From: Candidatus Omnitrophota bacterium
GTDB taxonomy: Bacteria; Omnitrophota; Gorgyraeia; Gygaellales; Profunditerraquicolaceae
Length of the DNA: 64,000 nucleotides
NCBI GenBank assembly: GCA_025453445.1
Contig: JALOQJ010000005.1
Location: 136 to 64,135 of the forward strand
Direction of reading: 5' to 3'
Shown: in pieces, positions 27,504 to 39,114 of the stretch
How the letters are laid out: each line of letters begins with the position of its first letter
Position numbering within the stretch: the first letter of the stretch is position 1
Program-made: the position numbers and the translations under genes
The notes under the pieces: model-generated
What the model was told of the DNA's origin: nothing
Seen by the model: the letters and a program-made list of their open reading frames with translations, nothing else
Database searches by the model: none

Positions 27504-28382
27504 ATGCGTAAATCCTACCCTATGGCATTCAACCAGTTAAAACAATACAGGATCATTTTTTTCGCTGCCTGCGGTTTGCTATTTTTTATCAGCAGTGTTT
27601 ATGCTGATAATGATTTTTCCGGCTCTTCCGGCAAGAGTATCTCTGAAGAGAAAAAAGGCACGGTAATTTTTGGCAAAGAAAAAAACAGGCCATCTCCTCT
27701 CGATGCTTTTATGAATAGTAATTCCACTGATTATGCCACAAGCGATATCCATGGTGATAGTGTCAAAGTTTACCGTGACAATGGCTTAGAGGCACAACGC
27801 AGAGGGGATCTGGATTTAGCGCTTAATTATTATCAGAAAGCAGTTGAATTGAATCCCGGCTATGCTGTTGCTTATAATGATTTAGGTATAATCTACGAAG
27901 CAAAAGGCGATACTAAGCGCGCGGAAGAAAATTATCTGCAGGCAATTAAGTTAGAGCCGGATTACTTAAGCCCATATTCAAATTTAGCTTTGATCTATGA
28001 AAACAGGCGTGATTTTAAGGACGCCGCTTATTACTGGAAAAAACGTTCTGAACTAGGCTCAAGCAGTGATCCTTGGACAGTGAAAGCAAAAGCGCGTTAC
28101 GAATCTATACAGTTGACAAACAGGGGCGAATCTTCTATCGCCGATGCCCGGGAACAGGATGTAATTAATCTTACCCAGAATATTTCTCAGCAGAAATCGC
28201 TCCTCAGAAAGAGCAATAAGGAGCTGGCGCAGGATTATTTTATAAAAGCAAAACAAGACTTTCAAAAAGGCTTTGACTTGCAAGCCTATAAGACAGCTTT
28301 GGATGCTGCTCAGCTTGATCCTGATAATGATAGTATCGAAGAGTTTGTAAGAAAACTACATATAAGATTACTGTCGAAGTAA
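27504..28382 (+). CDS. TPR-repeat protein with an N-terminal signal/anchor
   Basis: Hydrophobic N-terminus and multiple TPR units (AxxYxxLGxxY pattern). The start was moved from the GTG at 27483 to the ATG at 27504. Confidence 0.6.
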   Translation: MRKSYPMAFNQLKQYRIIFFAACGLLFFISSVYADNDFSGSSGKSISEEKKGTVIFGKEKNRPSPLDAFMNSNSTDYATSDIHGDSVKVYRDNGLEAQRRGDLDLALNYYQKAVELNPGYAVAYNDLGIIYEAKGDTKRAEENYLQAIKLEPDYLSPYSNLALIYENRRDFKDAAYYWKKRSELGSSSDPWTVKAKARYESIQLTNRGESSIADAREQDVINLTQNISQQKSLLRKSNKELAQDYFIKAKQDFQKGFDLQAYKTALDAAQLDPDNDSIEEFVRKLHIRLLSK

Positions 28383-28433
28383 ACCACAAAAATTTTGTTC
28401 CTGCCAAAAGAATAATTCCATGCGTTATTTTTA

Positions 28434-30977
28434 ATGAGTGAGAAACGATTATACTTATTGGACGCAACGGCATTTTGTTACCGGGCATATTATGCGCTTA
28501 CTAGCCTGGCAACTTCTTTTGGCCAGCCGACAAACGCAATATACGGGTTCATTAATATAATAAACAAGATCCTCAAAGATAATAATCCGGAATATCTGGC
28601 AGTGTGTTTTGACGTTTCAAGGGAAACGTTCCGGACGAAAAAATTCGCCGAATATAAAATTAACCGTCCGCCGATGCCTGACGGGTTGTCCAGCCAGATT
28701 CCTTTTATTAAAGATATTGTCAAAGCATACGGGATTACAATTGTAGAAAAGGCAGGTTTTGAAGCTGATGATATTATCGCCAGCCTCTCGAGCAAAGCAA
28801 AAGAAGAAGGCATGCCGGTAATGATTGTCAGCTCTGATAAAGATATATTGCAGTTGGTGGATGAGAATACTTCTGTGTTTAGTCCATATAAAGATATCGG
28901 CACTTTATATGATAGGGATAAGGTTTTAGAGCGCTTCGGGATTATGCCGGAGCAGATTCCTGAATTAATCGCTTTAATGGGTGATCAGGTGGATAATATT
29001 CCGAGTATCCCGGGAATCGGGGAAAAAACTGCCAGCAGCCTGATCAAGCAATTCGGTACAGTGAAAAAAATCTTGAGCGATCTTGAAGCGGTCACTCCTG
29101 AAAGAATCAGAGAATCAATCAGGAATAATTCAGAAACGGTTGAATTAAATCATGAGCTTGCGCTTTTGGATAAAAAAGTCAGCCTGGATATTGATTTAGA
29201 GCAGCTAAAAATTAATTCTCCGGATTATCCGGGGCTGCTGAGGATTTTTAAGCAGCTTGAATTCAAGAAATTTTTAAAAACCCTGCCAGCAGCGCCGGGT
29301 GAGCAAGAAGCAGAGACAGAGGTGGTTGTTTTAAAGGATAAGGATCTAGCTGGGTTATTAAAACCGGTAGATGAATTGTTTTTAACCGGTGACAGCGCTG
29401 AGAAGCTGATTTTTTGCGTCAAAGATAAAATTTTCCGTATAGAAAATCCCGGTGAGGTTACAAAAAAGATTTTAGCTGATGCCAAGATTAAAAAAATCAG
29501 CCACGATTTAAAAAAATTAAAAGTTACTCTGGCAAAAGAAAAGATTAATCTGGAAGGCCTGTATTTTGATACATTAATCGCCGCATATGTGCTCAATCCT
29601 TCAAAAGCAGGGTATAGTTTGACTGATTTGGCATGGGATTATTTAAGCGGCGCTCCTGAGGAAAAAACTTTAGGTGGGGTTGCGGCAATGAAGTTAATTT
29701 TAGCTCTGAGGCATAAGCTGGAAGAAGAATTAAAAGAAAAGTCGCTCTTCAAGCTTTTTCAGGATACAGAGATGCCGTTGGCAGAAGTTCTGGCGCAGAT
29801 AGAGCTGACAGGCATTAAATTAGACCTCCCGGTATTGGAGCAGCTGGATAAAGACCTTGGTAAGAGGTTGAAAGAATTAATTGAAGGTATCTATAAGCTA
29901 AGCGCAATTGAATTCAATATTAATTCTCCCAAGCAGCTCAGGGAAATCCTCTTTGAAAAATTAAAATTACGTGTGGTTAAAAAGACTAAAACCGGTCCGT
30001 CTACGGATGAAGAAGTACTAAGGGTATTGGCAGAAACTCATGAGTTGCCAAAGCTCTTGTTGGAATACCGGCAGTTAACAAAGCTGAAAAATACTTATAT
30101 TGATGCATTACCTGCTTTAGTTGATCCGCTAACAGGCAGGGTGCATACCTGGTTTAATCAGGCAGGCACCGAGACAGGCAGGCTGAGTTCTAATAACCCC
30201 AATCTGCAGAATATCCCGATTAAGACGGAAATCGGCTCGCGGATCAGGAAAGCAATTATTGCTTTTGATAAAAAAAGTGTTTTACTTTCCTGTGATTATT
30301 CTCAAATAGAATTAAGGATCCTGGCGCATTTGTCAGGCGATGATAATTTAATTCAGGCATTTATTAGAGGCGATGATATACACAAGGCTACCGCAGCTTT
30401 GATTTATAATGTTGAAGAAAAAGACGTAAACGATGAAATGCGTGTTGTTGCCAAACGGATTAATTTCGGAATAGTTTATGGCTTAAGTTCTTGGGGCTTG
30501 GCGCGCGATTTAAAGCTTCCGGTTGAAGAAGCGCAAGTATTCATTGATGCCTATTTTATCCGCTACCCTGGAGTGAAAGAATATATTGAGTCGCAAATCG
30601 CGCTGGCTAAGAAACAAAAATTTGTCAGTACGATTCTCGGTAGAAGAAGGTATCTGCCGGAAATTGACAATAAAAATCAGGCAGTTAATCAGCTTGCTCA
30701 GCGCCAGGCAGTGAATACGCCTATACAAGGTTCTGCCAGCGACCTGATTAAATTGGCGATGATCCGTATCGCAGGCTGTATCGAAGAAAAAAAATTAAAC
30801 AGTAAAATGATCCTGCAGATTCACGACGAACTGTTATTTAATGTGCCGGAAAATGATTTGGATAGTTTTACCGCTTTAGCTAAAGACAGTATGGAGAATG
30901 TTTTAAAACTAAATGTGCCAGTGAGGGTCAGTATGAAAAAAGGCAAAAACTGGCTGGAAATGGAGGAGATAAAATGA
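28434..30977 (+). CDS. polA: DNA polymerase I
   Basis: 5'-3' exonuclease N-terminus, and polymerase motifs A (DYSQIELR), B (RRxAKxxNFGxxYG) and C (QIHDEL). Confidence 0.95.
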   Translation: MSEKRLYLLDATAFCYRAYYALTSLATSFGQPTNAIYGFINIINKILKDNNPEYLAVCFDVSRETFRTKKFAEYKINRPPMPDGLSSQIPFIKDIVKAYGITIVEKAGFEADDIIASLSSKAKEEGMPVMIVSSDKDILQLVDENTSVFSPYKDIGTLYDRDKVLERFGIMPEQIPELIALMGDQVDNIPSIPGIGEKTASSLIKQFGTVKKILSDLEAVTPERIRESIRNNSETVELNHELALLDKKVSLDIDLEQLKINSPDYPGLLRIFKQLEFKKFLKTLPAAPGEQEAETEVVVLKDKDLAGLLKPVDELFLTGDSAEKLIFCVKDKIFRIENPGEVTKKILADAKIKKISHDLKKLKVTLAKEKINLEGLYFDTLIAAYVLNPSKAGYSLTDLAWDYLSGAPEEKTLGGVAAMKLILALRHKLEEELKEKSLFKLFQDTEMPLAEVLAQIELTGIKLDLPVLEQLDKDLGKRLKELIEGIYKLSAIEFNINSPKQLREILFEKLKLRVVKKTKTGPSTDEEVLRVLAETHELPKLLLEYRQLTKLKNTYIDALPALVDPLTGRVHTWFNQAGTETGRLSSNNPNLQNIPIKTEIGSRIRKAIIAFDKKSVLLSCDYSQIELRILAHLSGDDNLIQAFIRGDDIHKATAALIYNVEEKDVNDEMRVVAKRINFGIVYGLSSWGLARDLKLPVEEAQVFIDAYFIRYPGVKEYIESQIALAKKQKFVSTILGRRRYLPEIDNKNQAVNQLAQRQAVNTPIQGSASDLIKLAMIRIAGCIEEKKLNSKMILQIHDELLFNVPENDLDSFTALAKDSMENVLKLNVPVRVSMKKGKNWLEMEEIK

Positions 30978-32362
30978 AGGTAGTAATGTGTGCATCTGAG
31001 GTGGTACCTTTTGCCAAAACAGGCGGCTTAGCAGACGTGGCAGGCGCTTTACCATTAGCCTTGGAAAAAGAAGGCCAGGAAGTAATTATTATCATGCCTT
31101 GTTACAAGATGATACGTAACGGAAAGTTTGATCTTAAGAAAGTCAAAGAAGATGTTTCTTCTGCGTCAATCGGGAAAAACATCAAAGTTTATTTTATTGA
31201 AAATGACGCTTATTTTGGCCGCGATTTTCTCTATGGCGATAAAACCGGCGATTATAAAGATAATCTGGAACGTTTTTCTTATTTTTCCAAAAAAGCCCTG
31301 GACTTATTAAAAGAAATAAATTTTAAGCCTGATATTATCCACGTGCATGATTGGCAGGCATCGTTAATCCCGGTGTACCTTAAAACATTATACAAGGATG
31401 ATGTTTTTTATAAAAGCATCCGCACAATTTTAACTATACACAACATCGGATACCAGGGCCTGTTTGCCAAGGAAGAATTCCCCAAGCTCGGGCTTGACTG
31501 GAGCCTGTTTACCATGGAAGGCCTGGAATTTTACGATAAAATCAATCTGCTTAAAGGCGGAATGGAATTTTCCGACTTAATTAATACTGTTAGCCCGACT
31601 TATAGCAAAGAAATTCAGACAAAAGAATTTGGTTTTGGCCTGGATGGAGTATTGGCCAAGCGCAGTAACGCGCTATTCGGTATTTTAAACGGCCTGGATT
31701 ATGATATTTGGAATCCGGAAACAGATAAGTTTATTGCCAAGAATTTTTCTGTTGATTCGGCAGAAGGCAAAACCAAGGATAAAGAAGACCTGCAGAAGCT
31801 TTGTGGATTACCGCTTAAAAAAGACGTTCCGCTTTTCGGCATTGTCTCGCGCTTGGCTGAACAAAAAGGGTTCGATATTCTGGCCGAGGCAATTGAAAAG
31901 ATCTGCAAATCTGATTTGCAGCTGGTAATTTTAGGCACCGGCGATTTGAAATACCATATTTTGCTTGAAGGAATGGTAAAAAAATATCCCAGGGTAATTT
32001 CTTTAAATCTGAAATTTGACGATGCGTTGGCGCATAAAATATACGCCGGTTCAGACATATTCCTTATGCCTTCTAAGTATGAGCCCTGCGGTTTGGGGCA
32101 GTTGATTAGTTTAAGGTATGGGACAATCCCGCTTGTTTTTAAAACCGGCGGCCTTGCAGATACGGTAAACGAGAAAAACGGGTTTGTTTTCTCCAAATAT
32201 TCAAAGGCTGAATTGCTGAAAGCGATAAATAGGTCGTTGAAAGCATTTAGTGTGAATAAAACCTGGAAGGCGCTGGTTGAGCGCGCGATGCAGGATGATT
32301 TTTCCTGGGGGGAATCTGCCCGCGAATATATTAAACTATATGCAAAAGCAAAAGCTGCTTAA
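30974..32362 (+). CDS. glgA: Glycogen synthase
   Basis: The N-terminal KTGGLADV motif and GT-B fold length. Confidence 0.9.
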   Translation: MKVVMCASEVVPFAKTGGLADVAGALPLALEKEGQEVIIIMPCYKMIRNGKFDLKKVKEDVSSASIGKNIKVYFIENDAYFGRDFLYGDKTGDYKDNLERFSYFSKKALDLLKEINFKPDIIHVHDWQASLIPVYLKTLYKDDVFYKSIRTILTIHNIGYQGLFAKEEFPKLGLDWSLFTMEGLEFYDKINLLKGGMEFSDLINTVSPTYSKEIQTKEFGFGLDGVLAKRSNALFGILNGLDYDIWNPETDKFIAKNFSVDSAEGKTKDKEDLQKLCGLPLKKDVPLFGIVSRLAEQKGFDILAEAIEKICKSDLQLVILGTGDLKYHILLEGMVKKYPRVISLNLKFDDALAHKIYAGSDIFLMPSKYEPCGLGQLISLRYGTIPLVFKTGGLADTVNEKNGFVFSKYSKAELLKAINRSLKAFSVNKTWKALVERAMQDDFSWGESAREYIKLYAKAKAA

Positions 32363-32954
32363 GAAAAAAATCATTATCGGAGTTACTGGTAGTTTTGGCA
32401 GTGGCAAGAGCACGGTAAGTTCAATGTTGGCTTCTTGCGGCGCTTTTGTCGTTGATGCGGATAAGATTAGCCATGAACTAATTAAACCCGGCAGTGTAGT
32501 TTATAAAAAAATTATCAAAAGTTTTGGTAAAGATATTCTTGCTGTGGGCGGCAGTATAGATAGGAAAAAATTAGCAGCAATTGTTTTTTCTAAAGCACCC
32601 TTACTTAAAAAATTGAACAGCCTGATACATCCGGTAATTATCCGCCGGATGAAGCAGGAGATTAAAAAAGCAAAGCAGCAAATCATAGTTTTGGATGCCC
32701 CTTTGCTTATAGAGGCAGGTTTAAAAAAAGTTGTCGATAAATTAGTAGTAGTAAAGATTAAAAAAAACGAGCAGATACAACGTCTCCGGAACAAGGCTGG
32801 TTTACGCAGGGATGATATATTAAAGAGGATCAAAGCGCAGGTTTCACTTTCAGATAAGGTCCGCCTGGCGGATTTTGTAATAGATAATAGCGGCTCAATC
32901 GGAAAAACAAAAAAACAGGTAAAAAATATTTGGAGGAAGCTGTGGAGAAATTAG
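32340..32954 (+). CDS. coaE: Dephospho-CoA kinase
   Basis: [15 protein letters not shown]-loop. The start was moved to the ATG at 32340, overlapping the glgA 3' end. Confidence 0.85.
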   Translation: MQKQKLLKKKIIIGVTGSFGSGKSTVSSMLASCGAFVVDADKISHELIKPGSVVYKKIIKSFGKDILAVGGSIDRKKLAAIVFSKAPLLKKLNSLIHPVIIRRMKQEIKKAKQQIIVLDAPLLIEAGLKKVVDKLVVVKIKKNEQIQRLRNKAGLRRDDILKRIKAQVSLSDKVRLADFVIDNSGSIGKTKKQVKNIWRKLWRN

Positions 32955-34198
32955 ATATACGTGGATTAAAAGACATGAAAATAACCGAGTTGAATAAATT
33001 AGCCAAAGACTTAAACGTCAACGGCGCCAGCGGCCTGAAAAAACAGGATCTGATTTTTAAGATCCTTCAGGGCCAGGCAGAAAAAGAAGGGTTGATGTTT
33101 GGCGAGGGTGTTTTGGAAATCCTGCCAGAAGGCTTCGGCTTTTTAAGGTCGACAAATTATAATTATCTTCCTTGTCCTGACGATATTTATATATCGCCCT
33201 CACAAATCAGGAAGTTTGATTTAAGGACTGGAGATACGGTAAGCGGAGAAATCCGGCCGCCAAAAGAGGGCGAGAAATATTTTGCCCTGTTGAAAGTGGA
33301 AGCAGTCAATTTTGAAAATCCGGAAGTTGCCAAAGATAAGGTGCTTTTTGATAATCTGACGCCAATCTATCCGCATGAGCATTTTATTCTCGAGACTGCT
33401 CCTGAGGAAGTTTCTATGCGGATTATGGATTTATTGACTCCCATCGGCAAAGGCCAGCGCGGGTTGATTGTTGCCCAGCCTTACAGTGGAAAAACTGTGT
33501 TATTGCAGAAAATCGCCAATGCTATCACTACCAATCAGCCGGATGTAGTTCTGATTGTCCTTCTGATTGACGAACGTCCGGAAGAAGTTACGGATATGCA
33601 GAGGCATGTTAAGGGAGAGGTTATTTCATCTACTTTTGACGAACCGCCGGAAAGGCACGTTCAGGTCGCGGAAATTGTCCTGGAAAAAGCCAAAAGGCTG
33701 GTCGAGCATAAAAAAGATGTAGTAATCCTTCTGGATAGCATTACCCGGCTTGCCCGCGCTTATAACTCAGTTGTCCCGCATAGCGGCAAAGTTTTATCAG
33801 GCGGTATTGATTCTAATGCCCTGCAAAAACCCAAGCGTTTCTTTGGAGCGGCACGCGGTATAGAAGAAGGCGGATCCCTGACAATTATCGCCACAGCCTT
33901 AGTTGATACCGGCAGCCGTATGGATGAAGTTATTTTTGAAGAATTCAAAGGTACCGGCAATATGGAACTGCAATTGGACAGGAATTTGTTCCAGAGAAGG
34001 ATTTACCCGGCGATTGACATTAAACGTTCGAATACCCGGCATGAGGAGCTGCTTTTAAAGCCGGATATACTGCAGCGCTCCTGGATATTGAGAAAAGTTT
34101 TAAATGAGCTGAGTAATGTTGAGGCAATGGAACTGTTAATTGAAAAATTAGCAAAAACAAAAAATAACGAAGAATTTTTAAAGAGTATGAACCAATAA
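32930..34198 (+). CDS. rho: Transcription termination factor Rho
   Basis: N-terminal RNA-binding domain, Walker A and Q/R loops. Length is 422 aa. Confidence 0.95.
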   Translation: MEEAVEKLDIRGLKDMKITELNKLAKDLNVNGASGLKKQDLIFKILQGQAEKEGLMFGEGVLEILPEGFGFLRSTNYNYLPCPDDIYISPSQIRKFDLRTGDTVSGEIRPPKEGEKYFALLKVEAVNFENPEVAKDKVLFDNLTPIYPHEHFILETAPEEVSMRIMDLLTPIGKGQRGLIVAQPYSGKTVLLQKIANAITTNQPDVVLIVLLIDERPEEVTDMQRHVKGEVISSTFDEPPERHVQVAEIVLEKAKRLVEHKKDVVILLDSITRLARAYNSVVPHSGKVLSGGIDSNALQKPKRFFGAARGIEEGGSLTIIATALVDTGSRMDEVIFEEFKGTGNMELQLDRNLFQRRIYPAIDIKRSNTRHEELLLKPDILQRSWILRKVLNELSNVEAMELLIEKLAKTKNNEEFLKSMNQ

Positions 34199-34221
34199 TA
34201 AAATAAAAGGGAGGAAATAAA

Positions 34222-34422
34222 ATGAAAGACAAGGTACACCCCAAATATCAGGAAGCAGTAATTATCTGCGCCTGCGGAAATACGATACATACACGTTCCA
34301 CTAAACCGAGTATCCGCGTGGAAGTTTGTTCGAAATGCCACCCGTTTTTTACCGGTAAGCAGAAATTCGTTGATTCTGCCGGGCGCGTGGATAAATTCAT
34401 GAAGAAATACGCTAAAAAATAA
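34222..34422 (+). CDS. rpmE: 50S ribosomal protein L31
   Basis: HPKY N-terminus and a CxxC...CxxC zinc ribbon. Confidence 0.9.
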   Translation: MKDKVHPKYQEAVIICACGNTIHTRSTKPSIRVEVCSKCHPFFTGKQKFVDSAGRVDKFMKKYAKK

Positions 34423-34425
34423 AAC

Positions 34426-35490
34426 ATGTTCGATCAGTTGAAGAAATTAGAAAGCCGCTACGATGAGCTCGAGCAGCTCCTTGGCCAGAACGAGATTATT
34501 TCTGACAAGGAACAGTATGCCAGGCTTGTGAAGGAATATTCCGGTTTAAAGGAAGCTGTTTTGTTGTTTCGTGAATATAAAAAAGTGGCTGTTGAGGCCG
34601 AAGGCATGGAAACTGTTTTAAGCGAAAAACATGATGCTGATTTTCTTGATTTAGCTAAAAAAGAGCTTGAGTCTTTGATGCAGAAGAAGCAGGAGTTGGA
34701 AGGACGGCTGAAAAAAGAACTCGCCGGAGAAGACAAGGATTTGGGCCGCGACATCATCGTGGAAATCCGGCAGGGAACAGGGGGTTTGGAAGCAGGCTTG
34801 TTTGCTGCTGATTTGTATCGCATGTATACCCAGTATGCCACTAATAAAAAATGGGATACAGAGGTAATGGCAAGCCATGAATCAGAGCTGGGCGGCTTAA
34901 AAGAAGTAGTGTTCAGCGTTAAAGGCAGGGATGCTTATAAGCGGTTTAAGTTCGAAAGCGGGGTGCATCGTGTGCAGCGTGTGCCTTCTACTGAAGCTCA
35001 AGGTAGGATTCATACTTCTACGGCAACTGTAGCAATTATGATAGAGCCTAAAGAGGTTGATTTGGTAATCGAGCCTAAGGATTTGCGAATTGATACGTAT
35101 CGTGCTTCCGGCCCTGGCGGGCAGCATATGCAAAAAAGCGATTCCGCTGTCAGGATTACTCATATTCCTACTGGTGTTGTGGTTGCCTGCCAGGATGAAC
35201 GCTCCCAGCTGAAGAATAAAAATAAGGCAATGAGGATTTTAGGTGCCCGCCTTCTGGATAAAAAAGAGCAGGAGGAAGCCAAAAAAAACGCCGCGGCAAG
35301 AAAATCTCAGGTTGGCTCAGGAGACAGAAGCGAAAAAATCCGCACTTATAATTTTCCCGACCGACGGGTGACTGATCACCGGATTAATTTATCGCTTTAT
35401 CGCCTTGAGGCAATACTGGATGGCGATTTAGAAGAATTGTCAGATGCGTTGATCAAAGCATCTGAAGAGAAAGCCAAAGAGAATGAATGA
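34426..35490 (+). CDS. prfA: Peptide chain release factor 1
   Basis: GGQ motif ([10 protein letters not shown]) and the RF1 domain arrangement. Confidence 0.95.
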   Translation: MFDQLKKLESRYDELEQLLGQNEIISDKEQYARLVKEYSGLKEAVLLFREYKKVAVEAEGMETVLSEKHDADFLDLAKKELESLMQKKQELEGRLKKELAGEDKDLGRDIIVEIRQGTGGLEAGLFAADLYRMYTQYATNKKWDTEVMASHESELGGLKEVVFSVKGRDAYKRFKFESGVHRVQRVPSTEAQGRIHTSTATVAIMIEPKEVDLVIEPKDLRIDTYRASGPGGQHMQKSDSAVRITHIPTGVVVACQDERSQLKNKNKAMRILGARLLDKKEQEEAKKNAAARKSQVGSGDRSEKIRTYNFPDRRVTDHRINLSLYRLEAILDGDLEELSDALIKASEEKAKENE

Positions 35491-36274
35491 GGCGGAATTA
35501 TTATTCAGCGAAATATTAAAATGCAATAGATCGTCTTTATATCTTAATAAAAATTTACGCTTGAATAAAACTAAAGCTGTTGAGATTTCCCATGTATTAA
35601 AAAGAAGGATTACAGGCGAGCCTATACAATATATCCTTGGTAAAACAGAATTTATGGGTATGGAGTTTAAAGTAACGCCGGATGTGTTGATTCCGCGGCC
35701 TGAAACAGAAATATTGGTGGAAGTAGTTATAAAATTGGTTAATTCATTTTCATCAACACACCAAGCGCTGAAAATTTTAGACATAGGCACAGGCTCGGGT
35801 TGTATCGCGATATCTCTGGCGAAATTGCTTACTAATGTTGAAATCTATGCCGTTGATGTTTCAGAAAAGGCTTTACAGGTAGCCAAGGAGAATGCAAAAT
35901 TAAATAAAGTCAAAATTAATTTTTTCCAGAATGATGTATTGTCAGCCATCAGCTTTCAGCCATCAGCTTTCAGCTTAATCGTTAGTAACCCGCCTTATGT
36001 CAGAGCTGCAGAAATTAATCAGCTGCAAATTGAAGTACAGCGTGAACCGCATATTGCCCTTGACGGAGGCAGAGATGGTTTGGATTTTTATCGCGATATC
36101 ATAAAATATGCTGCCAGGGCTCTGAAAAATAATGGTTATCTGGCTTTGGAGATCGGTTTTCGGCAGCTTAAAGGAATAAAAAATATTTTTCACAAATCCA
36201 ATAAATTTGAGATAATAGAAGTAGTAAAAGACTATAATTATATAGAAAGAGTTGTCATCGCAAAATTAAAATAG
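35483..36274 (+). CDS. prmC: Release factor glutamine methyltransferase
   Basis: NPPY motif and a SAM-binding DIGTGSG motif. It follows prfA. Confidence 0.9.
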   Translation: MNEAELLFSEILKCNRSSLYLNKNLRLNKTKAVEISHVLKRRITGEPIQYILGKTEFMGMEFKVTPDVLIPRPETEILVEVVIKLVNSFSSTHQALKILDIGTGSGCIAISLAKLLTNVEIYAVDVSEKALQVAKENAKLNKVKINFFQNDVLSAISFQPSAFSLIVSNPPYVRAAEINQLQIEVQREPHIALDGGRDGLDFYRDIIKYAARALKNNGYLALEIGFRQLKGIKNIFHKSNKFEIIEVVKDYNYIERVVIAKLK

Positions 36275-36287
36275 GGCCAGAGATAAA

Positions 36288-37550
36288 ATGGATAAATTAA
36301 TTATTGAAGGCGGAGTAAGATTAAAGGGTGAGGTAACGATTTCAGGAGCTAAGAATGCGGTATTGCCGATACTGGCAGCAACGCTTTTAACTGATGATGC
36401 CTGTATTATTAAGGGTGTTCCGGATCTACGCGATACCAACACTATGCTGAAGATCTTGAAGTCTTTAGGCAAAAATGTAGAATTCGATAACGGCGTTGCG
36501 ATTATTTCGCAGGCTAAAAATACCAGCCACATTGCTGATTACAAACTGGTTTCTACGATGCGCGCATCTTTTTGTGTTTTAGGCCCGCTCTTAGGCAAGC
36601 TTAAAAAAGCAAAAGTTTCTCTTCCTGGTGGGTGTATTATCGGTGTGCGGCCGGTAGACCTGCATATCAAGGGTTTGAGGGCATTAAATGCCGAGATAAA
36701 TATTGAATCAGGTTATGTGGTTGCAACTGCTTCTAAACTTAAAGGGGCAGAAGTATATCTGGGCGGTGTTTATGGCTCTTCAGTTTTGGCGACTGACAAT
36801 GTAATGATGGCAGCCTGCCTTGCGCAGGGTAAAACCATTATTGAATCCGCGGCATGTGAGCCGGAAGTGTTTGATTTGGCTGAATTCTTGATAAAAATGG
36901 GCGCAAAAATCAAGGGGCACGGTACACCTACTATTGAAATTGAAGGTGTCAAACAATTACATGGAGCACAGCATAAAATTATCCCTGACAGGATAGAAGC
37001 CGGAACTTTTATATTAGCATCCTTATTGACCGGAGGAGATATTACAATAAAAAATATTTTCCCCCGTCATCTGGGAGCAATGATTGATAAATTGCAAGAA
37101 GCTGGCGTGGATATTAAATCAACGGATAATACAATGCGTGTTGCCCTTAAAGGAAAGCTGAAGCCGGTAAATATTTCTACTTTGCCTTATCCGGGATTTC
37201 CTACGGATATGCAGGCGCAGATAATGAGCTTGATGGCAATTACACCCGGTATCAGCGTGATTACGGAAAAAATTTATCCCGATAGGTTTATGCATGTAGC
37301 AGAACTTAACCGTATGGGCGCGCATATACAGAGAGAAGGGCCTTATGCAATTGTTTCCGGAGTAAAAGAGTTATCCGGCGCTCCGGTAATGGCATCGGAT
37401 TTACGCGCTTCGGCATCTTTGGTATTAGCAGGGTTAGTTGCAGGCGGCAAGACTTCTATTTCGAGAATATATCATTTGGAGCGCGGGTATGAATTTATGG
37501 AAGATAAATTGCGAGTTTTAGGTGCCAAGATCTGGAGAGAGAAAGAATGA
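36288..37550 (+). CDS. murA: UDP-N-acetylglucosamine 1-carboxyvinyltransferase
   Basis: Typical MurA N-terminus (KLIIEGGVRLKGEVTISGAKN) and the active-site Cys region. Confidence 0.95.
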   Translation: MDKLIIEGGVRLKGEVTISGAKNAVLPILAATLLTDDACIIKGVPDLRDTNTMLKILKSLGKNVEFDNGVAIISQAKNTSHIADYKLVSTMRASFCVLGPLLGKLKKAKVSLPGGCIIGVRPVDLHIKGLRALNAEINIESGYVVATASKLKGAEVYLGGVYGSSVLATDNVMMAACLAQGKTIIESAACEPEVFDLAEFLIKMGAKIKGHGTPTIEIEGVKQLHGAQHKIIPDRIEAGTFILASLLTGGDITIKNIFPRHLGAMIDKLQEAGVDIKSTDNTMRVALKGKLKPVNISTLPYPGFPTDMQAQIMSLMAITPGISVITEKIYPDRFMHVAELNRMGAHIQREGPYAIVSGVKELSGAPVMASDLRASASLVLAGLVAGGKTSISRIYHLERGYEFMEDKLRVLGAKIWREKE

Positions 37551-38110
37551 TTCTGATGATCGATAATTATGATTCTTTTACCTATAATCTTGTCCAGTAT
37601 TTTGGCGCATTGGGCGCGGATATCAAAGTATATAGAAATGATAAAATTACCATTAATGGGATCAAGAAATTGCGCCCTGAAAAAATCGTCATTTCTCCCG
37701 GCCCGGGAAGGCCGGAGAACGCGGGAATTTCTCCTCTGGTGATCAAAGAATTCGCCGGAAAGATCCCCATACTTGGCGTCTGCCTCGGCCATCAGGCAAT
37801 CGGTTATGTTTATGGCGCGAAAATTGTGATTGCTGAAAAATTAATGCACGGCAAAACCTCGTTAATTTATCATAACCAGAAGGATATTTTTAAAAATATT
37901 CCTAATCCTTTTGAAGCTACCCGCTATCACTCGTTGCTGGTTGAAAAAAAGAACCTGTCTGAGTGCCTGGAAGTAATTGCACGGACAAAATGCGGTGAGA
38001 TTATGGGTTTAAAGCACAGAAGCTATCCTCTTTGGGGTTTACAATTTCATCCCGAGTCAATTTTGACCAAATCAGGCAAAGACATACTGAATAATTTTCT
38101 AAAGATATGA
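37547..38110 (+). CDS. trpG: Anthranilate synthase component II / glutamine amidotransferase
   Basis: Class I GATase triad with GVCLGHQ. Confidence 0.85.
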   Translation: MILMIDNYDSFTYNLVQYFGALGADIKVYRNDKITINGIKKLRPEKIVISPGPGRPENAGISPLVIKEFAGKIPILGVCLGHQAIGYVYGAKIVIAEKLMHGKTSLIYHNQKDIFKNIPNPFEATRYHSLLVEKKNLSECLEVIARTKCGEIMGLKHRSYPLWGLQFHPESILTKSGKDILNNFLKI

Positions 38111-39114
38111 TTGAAGAGGCAATAAAGCAGTTATCTTCGGGAAAAAACCTTGCTGCCGGATGCATGAAAGCGGTAATGGAAGAAATTATGAGCGGCAAGG
38201 CTGAAACTGCTCAGATTATCCCTTTTCTCTCTAAGCTCAATCAGCAGGGCGAAACTGCCGAAGAATTGGCTGCGGCAGTAGAAGTAATGCGCGAGCATGC
38301 AGTAAAAATACAATCCAAGCATAAAGTTATTTTAGATACCTGTGGCACTGGAGGAGATAAGAAGCATACCTTCAATATTTCTACGGCAGTAGCTTTTATT
38401 GCTGCAGCTGCAGGTATTGCGGTTGCTAAGCACGGGAACCGTTCTGTTTCCAGTAAATCAGGCAGCGCAGATGTGCTGGAGGCTTTGGGAGTTAATATTA
38501 ATCTGCCTAAGGAAAAAGTAGAAAAATGCCTTGATGAGATTGGGATTGCTTTTTTATTCGCCCAGAATTTTCATCCGGCAATGAAATTTGCCATGCCGGC
38601 GCGAAAGGCAATCGGAGAAAAAACCATTTTTAACTTCTTAGGGCCATTAAGTAACCCTGCGAATGCCACGCACCAGTTGATCGGAGTCTATGATGCTGCC
38701 CGGGCGAATATTTTAGCTAATGCTTTGGCAAGGCTTGAGGCAAAACATGCTTTGATTGTTTGCGGCAGGGATGGTTTGGATGAAATTACTACTACAGCAA
38801 AGACGCTAATTTATGAAGTGCGCGGGGGCCAATTGAAAGCGCAATACGAAATTTCTCCTGAGGACTTCGGAATTAAAAAAAGCAAATCTGGGGATTTAAG
38901 CGGAGGCACGGCGCAGGAAAATGCAAAAATTTTACTGGGAGTATTAAATGGCGAGCATTCTGCCTGCCGTGACGCTGTGATTCTAAATGCTGCAGCGGCA
39001 ATTTATGCGGCTGATAAGGTGAAATCAATTCATGAGGGCCTTAGCTTGGCAGAGGATGCCATAGATAGCAAGGCAGCTTTAAAAAAACTAGAACAGTTAA
39101 AAAACTTTTCTTGA
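38107..39114 (+). CDS. trpD: Anthranilate phosphoribosyltransferase
   Basis: GTGGD motif and the KHGNRSVSSKSGSAD motif. Confidence 0.9.
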   Translation: MIEEAIKQLSSGKNLAAGCMKAVMEEIMSGKAETAQIIPFLSKLNQQGETAEELAAAVEVMREHAVKIQSKHKVILDTCGTGGDKKHTFNISTAVAFIAAAAGIAVAKHGNRSVSSKSGSADVLEALGVNINLPKEKVEKCLDEIGIAFLFAQNFHPAMKFAMPARKAIGEKTIFNFLGPLSNPANATHQLIGVYDAARANILANALARLEAKHALIVCGRDGLDEITTTAKTLIYEVRGGQLKAQYEISPEDFGIKKSKSGDLSGGTAQENAKILLGVLNGEHSACRDAVILNAAAAIYAADKVKSIHEGLSLAEDAIDSKAALKKLEQLKNFS